This document shows, piece after piece, positions 52,250 through 64,000 of a stretch of 64,000 nt of DNA; positions within the stretch are counted from its first letter, which is position 1, and the number at the start of each line of letters is the position of its first letter. A model generated the notes under the pieces. It searched no databases, was not told the DNA's origin, and saw nothing but the letters and a program-made list of their open reading frames with translations. Location of the stretch: assembly GCA_964187785.1 (NCBI GenBank), contig OZ076410.1, forward strand, positions 22,754,001 to 22,818,000. The letters are read 5' to 3'. Origin of the DNA: Amphiscolops sp. MND2022 (taxonomy: Eukaryota). The position numbers and the translations under genes were made by a program.

Positions 52250-55200
52250 AGCACGCTGAATAAAACGCTACTTTGAAACTCATATTGTGACTGAAGTTTA
52301 TTTGCATTGAAAGCGCGGTAAAAGTGATGACGGTCTCAGCTGCTTTCAAAATTAGAACGGCGTCTTAATGAAACCTGCAAAACTTTGCGGCGCAAAATTG
52401 CCGCCAAATTTAGGATGCATTTTATAGGCAGCTTGATAAAATTAAATCAAATTAGTGAAGATTTGTTGCATGGACATTTCTTTGAGAATTTTATAAAATC
52501 ATGGAAAATTAGGTTGGTAACCTACAAAAACATGTAAAAAGTTTAAGCAAGTCCAACCAGGGAAGAAACATGTAAGATTTGTTATTTAATTTCTAAATTG
52601 GAAGAAAAACGAATTATACGGCTAGGTATTGAACATGCAATGTAAAAAACTTCATCACCGAACGTCCGGACTTTTTGTTGAACTCAAGCTGACAAAAGGT
52701 TTTTGTTGACCGACGCAACATTAAACCTCCAGGTCGGCGTTTGTCGTTTGTCAAAACCAGCCGCTAGTCAAGTAATGGCACGTCGCCCCAATCCGCTTCG
52801 CACCTAAACGTAGGATGTCTCCGTATCTGATCAGGTCCTTTTGTTACGCTTCAAAAATAAGCCATTTTGTGGCACTAGCTGTGAAAAAGGCTGCATAGTT
52901 ACAATTACGAAATCGGCGGTTTGCTATGCCTCAGAATCGGCCATTTTGTGTCGTCCCCAAAGAATCCATTGAAATGTATGTATTGTTCACTAGTATAGAA
53001 CTCTCCAACATTCTACTGGTCAATTGTCTCTACATCTATTTGTTCTACTCAAGTTTTTCTATTAACATTCGCCCCTGTTTTTTTCGGCAACCAAGCTAAA
53101 CCGTTGTTGACAGTTTTGTTTTGCCGTTCGCACGTCGCATCGCTGTTGTTACTGTCTTTTTACAGGGTTTCTCATGAGGTTAAATGCTCGGTTTCTGGCG
53201 TTCAAATGGTGGAACCTCTGACGCCATTGTAAGGTGAATAACCGTGTTCCTAAATATTTGAAGATGTTTGCTGCAAATATTTAGAGATGTTTGCTGCTAT
53301 CCGGTAGGTTGTTCGTGAATGATTACGTTTCTGATAGAGATTATTTTCCGTGTCTTTCCAGGAGAATGAAGAGAAAACCAAATTTTTGAGTTAAATGTTT
53401 TGAGAGCTAGCGTTCTAGTGCACTTCCGCAAATGCAACAGCTGGTTAGAACACTTACAAGAAAGAGACAGCAACAATTTTTAACGACAAAAGCGAGTAAA
53501 AATAATTGTTTTATACTCTAAAAATTTGACTTACATGTTTTCTTCAGTAGCTTCTTCAATTACTGGAATGTCCAGGTTAGATACCTCGACATTGTACCCG
53601 TGGTGATTCGGCTTCTACAGCCACACTTTTCAGCTTTCATAGTTTATGGCATGGTACTTATCAGTTTACTTTAATTTTTGCTGGCCTCTATTCTAAATTT
53701 GTTTGTCATATGCTTTAATGCAGGTGGTTTCATTTCTACTGACTGCTTCATCGTTTTAATAGTTGTTCGGAACACGAACTAAATTGATCATAGGCTTTCA
53801 TAGTAAACTTGAAAGAGTAGTAACTCGAATGACTGTTATACGTAACTGTTCTTTTTGTTGTTAACAGATCTTTGACGGCCTTTTCGTGCTTTGATTTTGC
53901 ATTGATGAAAAGATTTCGCGTTTCCAGTTTACCGACGAACGCATCATTTCGGTCGTTTGTTCATTTTCGAGTTCTTGTTTACAGTTACCAACTGACCCCG
54001 GTTCTCACTAGTTTTTGGATATAGGTTCAACGTTTGGCGGTCCATGTCGATCATTTGATTGACATCTCAACAATTTTCATAGGGAAGTGCCATCAGTTCA
54101 AACGTTACGTAATTTGATCATCTCTTTCATTCAGTTCACCACGCCTTACAGAAACAATGCTTTTCTGTAGCATGTTCAAATGTCTTTGAACACGCTGGAA
54201 TCGGTAAAAAGCTGATTCAACTCAAGTTGTTTTTTCACTCCGTTTAATTAATAAGTCAAGGAAAAAGTTCTTTCCGAGACTACTTGTCTTACCTGTTAAA
54301 GTATCTTTTTGTGAATCCCTTCCTACGACCTATGCGTTGAAATAACTTGGGAAACAGGCACTGCTCGAGTCATTATAACTTTTACCTTTCACTGCTAGTT
54401 GCTTGTTCATTCATGAACTATAATCTTGTAACCAAGCCTCAATTCATATTCCTTTCGAGAACTTTGATATAATATTCACTTCATAGCTTCACACTTTGCC
54501 CTAAACTTGAACAACGAATTAATTAAGTCTTCAAGTCATTTCTCATCTTTTTATGCTCCATTGTTAACAGTCACACGCCGGCACAAACATTCTCTACCCA
54601 CTGAGATTCGCTTCCTTCTCTGGCTGTCTGGAAAAGTTGTGAAGTCGTGATCGAAGCAACACTTGACTAAGTTTTTTGCAACAATTGGGTGGAGTACCGT
54701 GTTTCCTATTTTCTCCTTTAACCTAACATGCGGAAAACAAAACGAAATTAGGACAGAGCAGCTTTTCGTTTTCCGTTTTTTGTTGTACGATAGCACGAGG
54801 CAGAGGTGCGCTTGGATGTTCTTTGATTTTTGTTTCGGTAGCTAAAAAATACAATTTTTTTCTCGGAACAAAAGGAAATGATAGTGCACAAAGTACTACG
54901 ACTCTTGTTGTTTTCGTCTCTGACGAATCGCCCACTGAAACGTTTTTTTTTGCCTGTTCAGTTAAACTTGGTGGAACGTGCGAGTTCAGCTTTGTGTGTT
55001 TAATTTTTCATCAGTGTTCGGTTTGCCAGTTTGAACTATCTTTGATAATATTTGGTTAACGGAACATTCGCAATGCCAAAAAACTCATTAGAAAACGTTA
55101 CTTGAGGTCCTCAATGCTCTCGATGACAATGTCAAACGAAGTTTCCGAAGAATGGAAGAACGCATGTGTACGAAGTAGCACTAAGTGGGTCCGTGCACGA

Positions 55201-57536
55201 AACGGGCATAAGGAGGGACATAGACACTTTTCCCTTGGTGGGACATACACAAAAACTTTAACTTGGCTCTCAATAATACTTATCGACATGCATTGGTGGG
55301 ACCTTAACACAAAATATTTTCGCCGCGTTTCAGCTATTCATAAGGCTTATCGACATCAACACAATAAGTTTTCTTTACAAACATAACTCTACCATTGACA
55401 GGGATATTGAAAATAAATTCGAATAATGAGATGGGGATCAGTCATAAGACAAAGTTTCATTTGGATCCAATGTAATGATGATAGGTGGTTTCAGTCGAAG
55501 TGACCCATGAAAATTTCTCTGTATTTCCATAATATTTTTGTTCACTTTATGTTTTTTTTCGTATCAACTCTGTCTATAGTTTTACACCTTACGCTGTACA
55601 CAGTTGACTAGTAAGCAGTTGGCTGGTAAACAAAAAATCAAGTCATTGCAAATCTCGTATTTAGCCCCAACAACGTAATTACAACTCAAGTCAAAGTTGA
55701 TATATTCTGGATTTGTTTGAAAAGTTCTCATAATCCATATTGGTTCTTTGTTATCCTGCCACTGATATCTTGTCTTTTTCTTGCATCACTGGTCGTCACG
55801 ATCCTTACTTTATCTTTGATATCCTGTCCTTTGAAGCATGGGGGTACATTATCATTGCCTCCAAACAGTCGCCCTTGTTTCATCATTTCTCGGAATTAAT
55901 TCCTCAGCCTTTTTATTTATTTCCAGCGACCAAGTTCGGCTTGCAGTAGCACACCAGATTTCTTCTCTCCACTAGTAGGTTTCTTACTAGTAGTTTCACT
56001 AATAGTTTCGTTCCGTTTCCTTATAATGTTATATCAAATACATTCGAAATGCCCCCGTTACAAACGATGGATCTCTATCATCATCGACTTTTCCGAGTAA
56101 GAGACTGCTTTTACTTCCCGAGGTTGAAGACTTGGACCTTCTCAAGAAACTATCTGCGCTGTTAATGGACCTGGCTTGGGCTGTAGCGTCTTGGACCGTG
56201 GTTTCGCTATCCTTACCAAAAACAAATTCCGATTACTCAAATGAGATAAACCTGCTTGTTCCTTAAAAAGTTGTTTTGACTATAAGAGACAAAAGTAACA
56301 AAGTTCCGATTTGTTCTGTCCAGATGAGTATGATCTTATGTTTCAGTGATGTTCGAGAGACGAAAGCTAAATTCAACCTCTTACAATACGAACAGTTATT
56401 AGCAAGTTGTAGTGACCAGAAACACCGAAAATATTCGCAATTCAAAGGAATCACTGAAAGAAATATAACAATTATGCAGATGTAGATAAATATTGCAAGT
56501 TCGTTCATTTTACCCAAAATTTGGTTTTGTTTTTATTAAAAAGAACAAATTCCATTTCAAAAACAGAATTACTTCCATTTTTATGTTTCCGAGAGTTCAG
56601 AAACGAAACGCGACGTGATAGAATATAGATCTGCATTAGTTCAGTATAGCAATATGATTGAAATTAGATGTGTATTGTTCTGTTTGAAGTAAAAGCTTAG
56701 AGAAACGCAACTCCATTGAACAAAGTTGTGTATTGTTTGTTGGAACAATATTCTAAAAGAAACGCAAAGTGATTGAGATTTCATTTGTTTTGTTTCGTTG
56801 GGGTTATGATAGAAACCAAACGCAATGTGATAAAGAAAGTGTTTTTTATTGCTTCAGAAAAAAGTTTATACGAAATAACGAAGACCTGAGTTATCGGGAA
56901 ATGAACTTACCGGAATTGACTGTACTGTAATAGGAAGTATTCAGAAGAATCTATGATGAGCTTTATCAAAATGTAGGTAACAAAAGCAAATTATTTTCTA
57001 TTTAGGACGATTCCTGAGTAGGATGGAATTTCGTTTGTTTCTGTGTTCTATTTTGTAACAGTTCACCAAAGTACTGATCCCTGAGAAAATAAAACTTTTC
57101 CAGATCTGCCTGATGGAGCAAGCAATTTACATTCCATTGTAACTGGACCACCAACTTGTGAAGCAATCAATTTTAGATCGTATGGTGTTTACTTTCAACC
57201 AATTCCCAAGCAAGCATCTGTACAAATTAGCGGTCATTTGCATTTTATGATTGTAACTAAAATTCACTTTCTGCAGGTAATGTTTCAGAGGTTTTTTGTT
57301 TTTTTTCTAGAGAGTTTTTTGGCAACTGAGGACTTTCTTGAATGCAATAGAACGAATATCAAAAACAATTTTTTACCTATTTTGGATTGCAATCAGAAAA
57401 ATCAGATTAACCCTCTTTTTCGAAAATTGAGTCTATTATTCAGCCGCATTTGCAACACTAAGGCGTCAAAATTTCAGAAACTTCATAAACCAACTGAGTT
57501 GTTTAACTCGCCATCCCCAGCGTCGGTTGAGTTGTG

Positions 57537-60013
57537 TCAAGGTTTTTTATAGAACTCGTCGAGTTTGCCGCCGTCGACTATATACAACAATTTTGTTTGT
57601 AACTTCAGCTAAGGTTACGGCATCAGGGTCCATTCTGTAATACTTGTCGTGAACACTTAAATAATGACCCAGAAATCCAACCCAAGTTCTCTGGTACTAG
57701 GATAATGTCAAAAATTGTGCTGCAGTGCCATATACTTTCGTAGTTTCGTTGACCAGACGAAGGTTTGCTCTCGAGCCCAAGATTCTTTGGCGAACTGGTT
57801 CAGGGCCTCAGCGCTCCGGTTATATAATTTTCCTTTCATTTTTCAAGTTCTCACCATTGATTGTGATATCAATAAGTTTGAGTCTGTCCGGTGGCACCAG
57901 CACTGGAACAACTCTTACTCCTTTTCCATAAAGTCGGAGGAGTGTGTAGACTTCTGAAAACTTTTCCTCTAGTTTTGTCAGCTTCAGAGGCAAAACTCCG
58001 TTGTAGGATCATATCTCTTTTTTTGATGCCAAAAAATTCACGATCGCGCTTCTTGTTGATACTAACAAGAACAGCTATCACAGTAAGTTTCAGGTCGGCA
58101 TAGTTAAACTCTGTCAGGTTGAGGAATTCTTGCATTTTTTTTCAATGATTTGCCGGAATGATGTCTGCTCTCATAGGTTCGGAAGCCACACATGTATGCT
58201 CCCCTTCTGCTTCTTGACCAACATAAAAAAAAATTAGGTGATTAGACTTGGGAAACACATGGCTCAAAAAGTTTATCAGCTAACTTGTCTCTTTACACTG
58301 TCTCGTAGCAGCTCCTACCAACTTTTGGTGAAAAAGACGATCCAAGTCCCACCAAGTGCGACTTCTTCCACAATTATGCGTTGAGGATTCCGCATTTGAC
58401 GGCACATAGTCATTTTTTGATGTACGTTGGTCTGACACACACTTGGGAACAACCATTCAAAAACGCCGTTTCCATCGGTGAGAACTTTTCGCCGCAAGTA
58501 GGCGCTATAAAAAGGTGTAGTTGTGCAGTGTAAAACACTTGGTTGAACTTTGGCTCAAATGGTTTCATATTCAATTTCAGTAGTTTTTCTCTATGTCTCA
58601 TAGCGGGTCTAACCTTTTATGTCCCACTTAATGTGCGTCTCATCAATTTCTAATACAAAGGGGGTCTAAAAACCACCAACTCTGGTTTCCTCAACAAATC
58701 AAGTAAATGAAGCCACATTGAAAACGAAGTTAGTGAGATTGCTCCACCATGGCTCCACTACTTCCAAAAAAAAATTTCGCGCTCTGATTGGTCAAAAATC
58801 GAACTGGCAGGATCCTGCTAGTTCGTTACCGGGATGTGTATTGTAATGACAGATTTTTTTAGGCCCTCTGAGTAAAAACATTTTGAAAATTCTTAGCATT
58901 GGACTGAAGTTTTTATATTCCACAGATTTCTGGTGCTTCTTGTAAACATTTGCCTCAAAAGTTTCTGGAGCGTTCGAAAACATAAATCACTCGTATTCAG
59001 CAGGTGCGGATAGTTGAGCCCATTCATGTCGATATTTCCCTGGAATGGTTAAGCTTGTTGATATTGTTCCTTCTTCTCCCACGCGAAAGCTTGGTTTTGC
59101 AAAAAAGAAGCAGCTGTTTTCAGAATGGATCCCATTTTTACTTGGTAGGATTTTGCAAAACTTTTTAAAACCGCCTCATTTACTCTTGACCACATGTCTA
59201 GTCTGATTTTTTCAAATATGAGGATTCTAATTGGAGAACAAGCTTGGCCAAGACTCACATTCTGTCCATGATCTGATTGAAGCCTTCTTCAGAATTTTCC
59301 TTGTTGAAAAGATATACTCCAACATACTTCATAAGGGGATCGTACAAGTTCTGCAACTGGATGGTTTCTAAAATTGTTACAAAAGAATTTCTCAAAAGGA
59401 TTGTTGAGCTTTGTTTTGATGTTTTTGTTTTATCCGTCTTCATGGCTAGACTTGGTAACTGCCTGGCAGTCTAGATTGTGCCAGTTCATGGTTTTTCTCA
59501 TGAAGAAGCCAAGACAATCAGGGCAAAGTGCATAGTTATCAGCTGTTTGATTCTCTGTTTCTGTCGAGTCTCTGACTACGATCAGTTTTTCAGTGAATCT
59601 CTTCGTTTGTATGCACTATTTGAAAACCCCGATGTTGTACTTGTACTGACCTTCATCAGTCAAGCGGTATGTTCGATCTTTCTCTTTTTGAAGTTTCTTC
59701 AAATCGCATCAGTTGTGGCGAATACCTTTGTTCTCTCTAATTCCTGTATTTCTAGATCTATTCGTCGAATATGACTGAGGCGGAGCTCTCTTTGATGGAA
59801 TGATTGCAAATGGCGAGTCAGTTTGGCGACCATCTTCGCATCTTTGATATCTTCGAAAGGACATTGAGGACAACCTTTCTGCTTTTTGTATTTACTGTCA
59901 GAGACAACAATGTTGATCTTGTTGAGATACTTTGAGTTGAGTCTCCATTTTTTGGTACAATTAGCGTTAGCATATTCATGCATGTTGTCTTCAAGGATAT
60001 CATAGTCGTCCAT
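57537..60013 (-). pseudogene. Decayed Zn-finger + tyrosine recombinase (Crypton-like YR) gene
   Basis: Collinear motifs across frames: CPQCP...KLTRHLQSFH (~59790-59880); LCPDCLGFFMRKTMNWHNLDC (59467-59529); DPLMKYVGVYL...IMDRM*VLAKLVL; KMGSILK; HEWAQLS; NYADLKLTVIAVLVSINKKRDRE (catalytic-Arg region, ~58040-58110); LTKLEEKF...LYGKGVRVVPVL; STKLRKYMA (57752-57726); FLGHYLSVHDKYYRM (57675-57631); KLLYIVDGGKLDEF. Confidence 0.75.
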
Positions 60014-60709
60014 AGTGTTTGCAACATCATTTGGTTTCGGCAGACAACGTTGAATCTAGTGCGGTCTCTTAAATACTTTCACTGATCTGAGAAATGCCTT
60101 TTCCCAATACCACTGTCTGCTTTGATCAAACGTCATTAGTTTTACTGTTTGCTCCTTCGGCCATTGGCTTAGGTTTTGTTCTCCTGAAGACAGTTCCTCG
60201 CTACTTTCATCCTCGTCAACAACTTATCTTTCTGATGAGGATTCAGACTTTTCCCACGACGAATCGTTGCTGGAAGTATCTCTTGATTGTTCAGGTAGTT
60301 CGCCGCTGTGTTTTTGAGCTGATTCATATTCCAACGATTCACCGTGCTCCGGCATTAAGTATTCGCGTCCTTTGTTGAGAATTCTCAATGCAGTTGACGT
60401 TCCCTCAGAGAGCGGCAACTGCCTAAAAATATCTTGTGTAGGAATAAACAGTTGGAAAACTTCCACCCACCCATGAGTTTTGAAACAGTCGTTACACATG
60501 GAAATTTGATGGAATTTGATATTACCTCATTGGATCTTGATATTTAACGAAAATAGTTCGCTTCAAAAACCCCGTGGCTTCCTTTCGCACCAAAGGTTTT
60601 TTGAGGATTTTTCCGAATCTTTTTTTTCACATTGCGTTTCTTTTCACAATTAACCTCGGTCAAGCATTTAGCAATCACATTGTGTGTCTTTTAAGATGAA
60701 TTAACTTGA

Positions 60710-63256
60710 CACTTCTGAGATGATATTTTAGCAGCAGATTTTTAAAATCCCTTTGCACTTCAATGAATACGGTGCATGAAAAACATCACATTGTTTCCAC
60801 TCTTAGAGGCAAATGCAACCAAAATTTTGTTTTTCAAGAATCTGTAAACTAATCGAATTTTTGAGCAACGTGTTTTTTCTAAAACTGTGCATACTTTCTG
60901 AGGTATTACATATTCGTTTTTGGCTTCGAGAGTTGTTTTTAGCTTTTTTTCTCGTAGTTCAGTCAACCTGGTTTACGATGCTTGGATGCTTCTAGCTACA
61001 TTGTTTCGTTTGCGTGGTGGTTTAGGGTCTTTGATTTTCTCAAATCTGCTAGATTGGCTTTGCGTTGACTTTGTTGAGAACCCTGATTCCGTACTCGCCA
61101 CATCGTTCGGTAAGAACTCAGGAATATTTCTACTGTGTCAGTAGTCTGTTTTTCTCAACTTTGCAAGTTTGGTTTTGCGCTGACATTGTTGAGACCCCTG
61201 GTTTCGTGTCCCCATCTTTGCATAACGGGATAGGATCTTTCTGTACTGTGTCAATAGTTTTACTTTTCGTAACTTTGCTAGCCTGTTTTGCGTTGACTTT
61301 ATTGAGATCAATAGTTCCGTGTCCCCATCTTTTTGTAACGGAATATGATCTTCCTCTACTGTGTCAGTAGTTTTGTTATTCTTAAATTTGCTAGATTGGT
61401 TTTTCGTTGACTTTGTTGTGAAGCCTGATTCCGTAGCCGCCTCAACGGTGGGTATCGGGTTAGGAGCTTTTTCTACTGGGTCAGTACTTTTGGTTTTTTT
61501 TCAGCTTTGCTAGATTGGTTTTGCGCTGGCTCTGTTGAGATCCCTGGATCCGTGTCAACATTTGTGCGTAGCGGAATAGGATTTTTCTCCACTGTGTCAG
61601 TAGTTTTGTTTTTCTCGACTTTGCTAAATTGGTTTTGCATTGACTGTCTCACAATTTTTGGTTCGCTTTCTGGCTCTCTTTGTTTTGGAGACTTTTCAAC
61701 TTTCTCTGTTGTGTCAGCGTTGTTGTTTTCAGGTACGCCAATTGTCTTTGGCGCTGGTTTGGTTGGTAATTCGGATAAAGTTCCATTATCTTTACGCAGT
61801 GATTTCAAAGATTTCCCCCATGTAATGCTGGAGTGATTTGCTCACTTCTGCATGATTGCAATGAGAAATGCAGCAGTGGAAATGTGGGGTTTTTCGCATT
61901 AAGAATGGGATACAATTTAGGAACCTCCTTCACTGGAACTTCAGATTCTTTTCCCTTTCTTTAAAAGAAGTTATCAGTTTCCTCTTTTTCACTTCTAAGA
62001 TGATGTTTTAGCAGCATGTTTTTAAGGTCCCTTTGCACTTCAATGAATGCGATGCATGAAAGTCATCACATTCCTTCCACTTTTAGATGCAAATGCAACC
62101 AAAAATTTGTTTTTCAAGAACCAGTAAACTAATCAAATTTTTTTTCAAACGTGTTTTTTCTAAAATTGCCCTCTTTCTGAGGTATTACACATTCGTTTTT
62201 GGCTTCGAGATTTGTTTTTGGCTTTCTTTCTTCTAGTTCAGTCAACCTGGCATACGACGCTTGAATGTTTCTAGCTACAATCTTTGGTTTGCGTGGTGGT
62301 TTAGGAGCTTTGATTTTCTCAAATTAGCCAGATTGGCTTTGCGTCGACTTTGTTGAGATCCCTGGTTCTGTGTCCCCATCTTTGCTTAACGGGATAGGGT
62401 CTTTCCGCACTATGTCAGTGGTTTTGTTCTTCTCAACTTTGCTAGATTGGTTTTGTGCTGACTTTGTTGAGATTCCTGGTTCTGTGTCCCCATCTTCGCG
62501 TAACAGGATAAAGTCTTTCCCCACTGTGTCAGTAGTTTTGTTTTTCTCAACTCTGCTAGATTGTTTTTGCACTGGCTCTGTTGAGAAACCCGATTCTGTT
62601 TCCGCCTCATCGTTGTGTAACGGGTTAGGAGTTTTTTCTACTTTGTCAGTAGTTTTGTTTTTCTGAACTTTGCTCGATTGGTTTTGCGCTGACTTTGTTG
62701 AGATCCCTGGTTCCGTATACATCTTTGCGTAACGGGATATGATCTTCCTTTACTGTGTCAGTAGTTCTGTTTTTCTTAATTTTGCTAGATTGGATTTGCG
62801 TTGACTTTGTTGAGATCCCTGGCTCATTATCCCCATATTTGCGTAGCGGAATATGATCTTTCTCCACTGTGTCAGTAGTTTTGTTTTTCTCAACTTTTCT
62901 AAATTGGTTTTGCGTTGACTTTGTTGAGACCACTGGTTCGCTTTCTGACTCTTGGTTTTGGAGATTTTTCAACTTTCTCTGTTGTGTCATTGTTGTTGTT
63001 TTCAGGTACGCAAGTTGGCGCTGTTTTGGTTGGTAGTTTGGATGAAGTTCCATTGTCTTTGCGCAGTGATTTCGAAGATTTCCCCGATGTAATGCTGGAG
63101 TGATTTGCTAACATCTGCATGATTGCAATGAGAAAAGCAGCAGTGGGATTGTGGTGTTCTTCACATTTAGATTAGAATACAATTTAGGAACCTTCTTCAC
63201 TGAAACTTCTGATTCTTTTCCCTTTTTTGCAGGGAGTCATCAGGTTCCTCTTTTTC
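60710..63256 (-). repeat. Two-fold ~1.27-kb tandem duplication, each block holding ~5-6 units of a 114-bp (38-codon) repeat
   Basis: CACTTCT(G/A)AGATGAT at 60710 and 61990 marks the period. Unit peptide is about EPGISTKSAQNQSSKVEKNKTTDTVEKDPIPLRKDGDT. Unit anchors at 62347, 62461, 62575, 62692, 62804, 62918. Confidence 0.92.
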
Positions 63257-63799
63257 ACCTTTTCATTGTTTGAAAAGAGTTTTCAGTTTCTTTTGCATCG
63301 TCGCTGTTATGAAGAGCTTGTACTCCTCATACAAGATCTTTTGTTTTTGAAAAAGGACTTCTGTATTTTTTTGTTCCCGAAGGTTCAGGTTTTTGTCTCC
63401 ATTCTGCAAAAAGAGAACCGTAATCATAGCGCAACTCCTCACCTAAAAACACGAAGAGACTAACAAGAATGAACAATTGAGATTTGTTCCTTTCACAAAT
63501 TGTCTCTCAAGTTTGATTTGTTGTTGAAAAGTTTGGAAATAGGCAGTATTGCCCAATTTTCAGATGTCTCGGTAAGGCCGTGTAAAGGGCTGGTCCCTCC
63601 AAGTGCGTATTAGCGCAAAAGAGTTCATTATCTCACTAAGCTTCAATCGACACCTGATGGGACAACGATCTCTTTTCCACTGGAACTGAGTGGGACTCAC
63701 ACTTTTGGCATTTAAGAAACCAAAATTTGTGGGACTTGGACCCCCTTGTTATTAGGCCTGCGTGGGACAGGCATTGTGCGTCTTCGAAGGCCTTCTGTC

Positions 63800-64000
63800 T
63801 AGAATAAAAATCAAATTAACCAGACTGAACCGGGCGAGTTGTCAGAAAGATGCAATGGTTTCTACCTTGGTCAACAGTGACCTTCTTCATCCGACAGTCA
63901 GCAGCCACTGATCTTTCCTTATCGTTGATGAATCAAGCCATTTATGAATTCTTCTCGTCAGGCGTGTCAATGGATACCGCTTGTTTCCCTTCTTGCACTT
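63800..64000 (-). pseudogene. C-terminal half of a SET domain, decayed; continues beyond the window
   Basis: Single frame: VSIDTPDEKNS*MA*FINDKERSVAADCRMKKVTVDQGRNHCIFLTTRPVQSG*FDFY. This parallels the SET consensus (C/V)IDA...R.INH...NC......H......R.I..GEE..YDY. Confidence 0.65.

Noticed and set aside
53000-57500. Further genes of the SET-YR element
   Set aside because: Only short, unrecognisable frames were found, and no element boundary could be identified.
58300-58700. Second tyrosine-recombinase-like domain (VRP...PTYIKK...SPKVGRSCY)
   Set aside because: The catalytic residues are not convincingly present, so it may be chance resemblance. It is recorded only as part of the unexplained gap.

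Overview
AT-rich, repeat-dense metazoan (invertebrate) genomic DNA. It is not prokaryotic and the species cannot be identified from sequence alone. One clear host gene is present on the minus strand: the first three coding exons of a G-protein alpha-o subunit (36124-36001, 15255-15137, 14705-14535). Its first intron is 20.7 kb, the third intron appears to use a GC donor, and no further exons were found in the window. The introns and flanks are packed with short non-autonomous elements: TA-flanked Tc1/mariner types, a hAT MITE with an 8-bp TSD, foldback/palindromic elements and about 6 DINE-1/Helentron-like copies. Upstream lies a full-length but decayed BEL/Pao LTR retrotransposon (43794-52249; 278-bp LTRs, 5-bp TSD). 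It carries an extra degenerate ORF between PBS and gag with an SGNH-esterase-like motif pattern. The most notable item is invisible to the ORF track because it is broken by stops and frameshifts. From about 57.5 kb to the right edge, the minus strand preserves a decayed multi-domain gene in the order SET domain - duplicated 38-aa repeat blocks - two Zn-finger-like motifs - tyrosine recombinase. This suggests a Crypton-like YR element carrying a lysine-methyltransferase-type domain. All protein-family assignments come from manual motif recognition and need HMM/BLAST confirmation.
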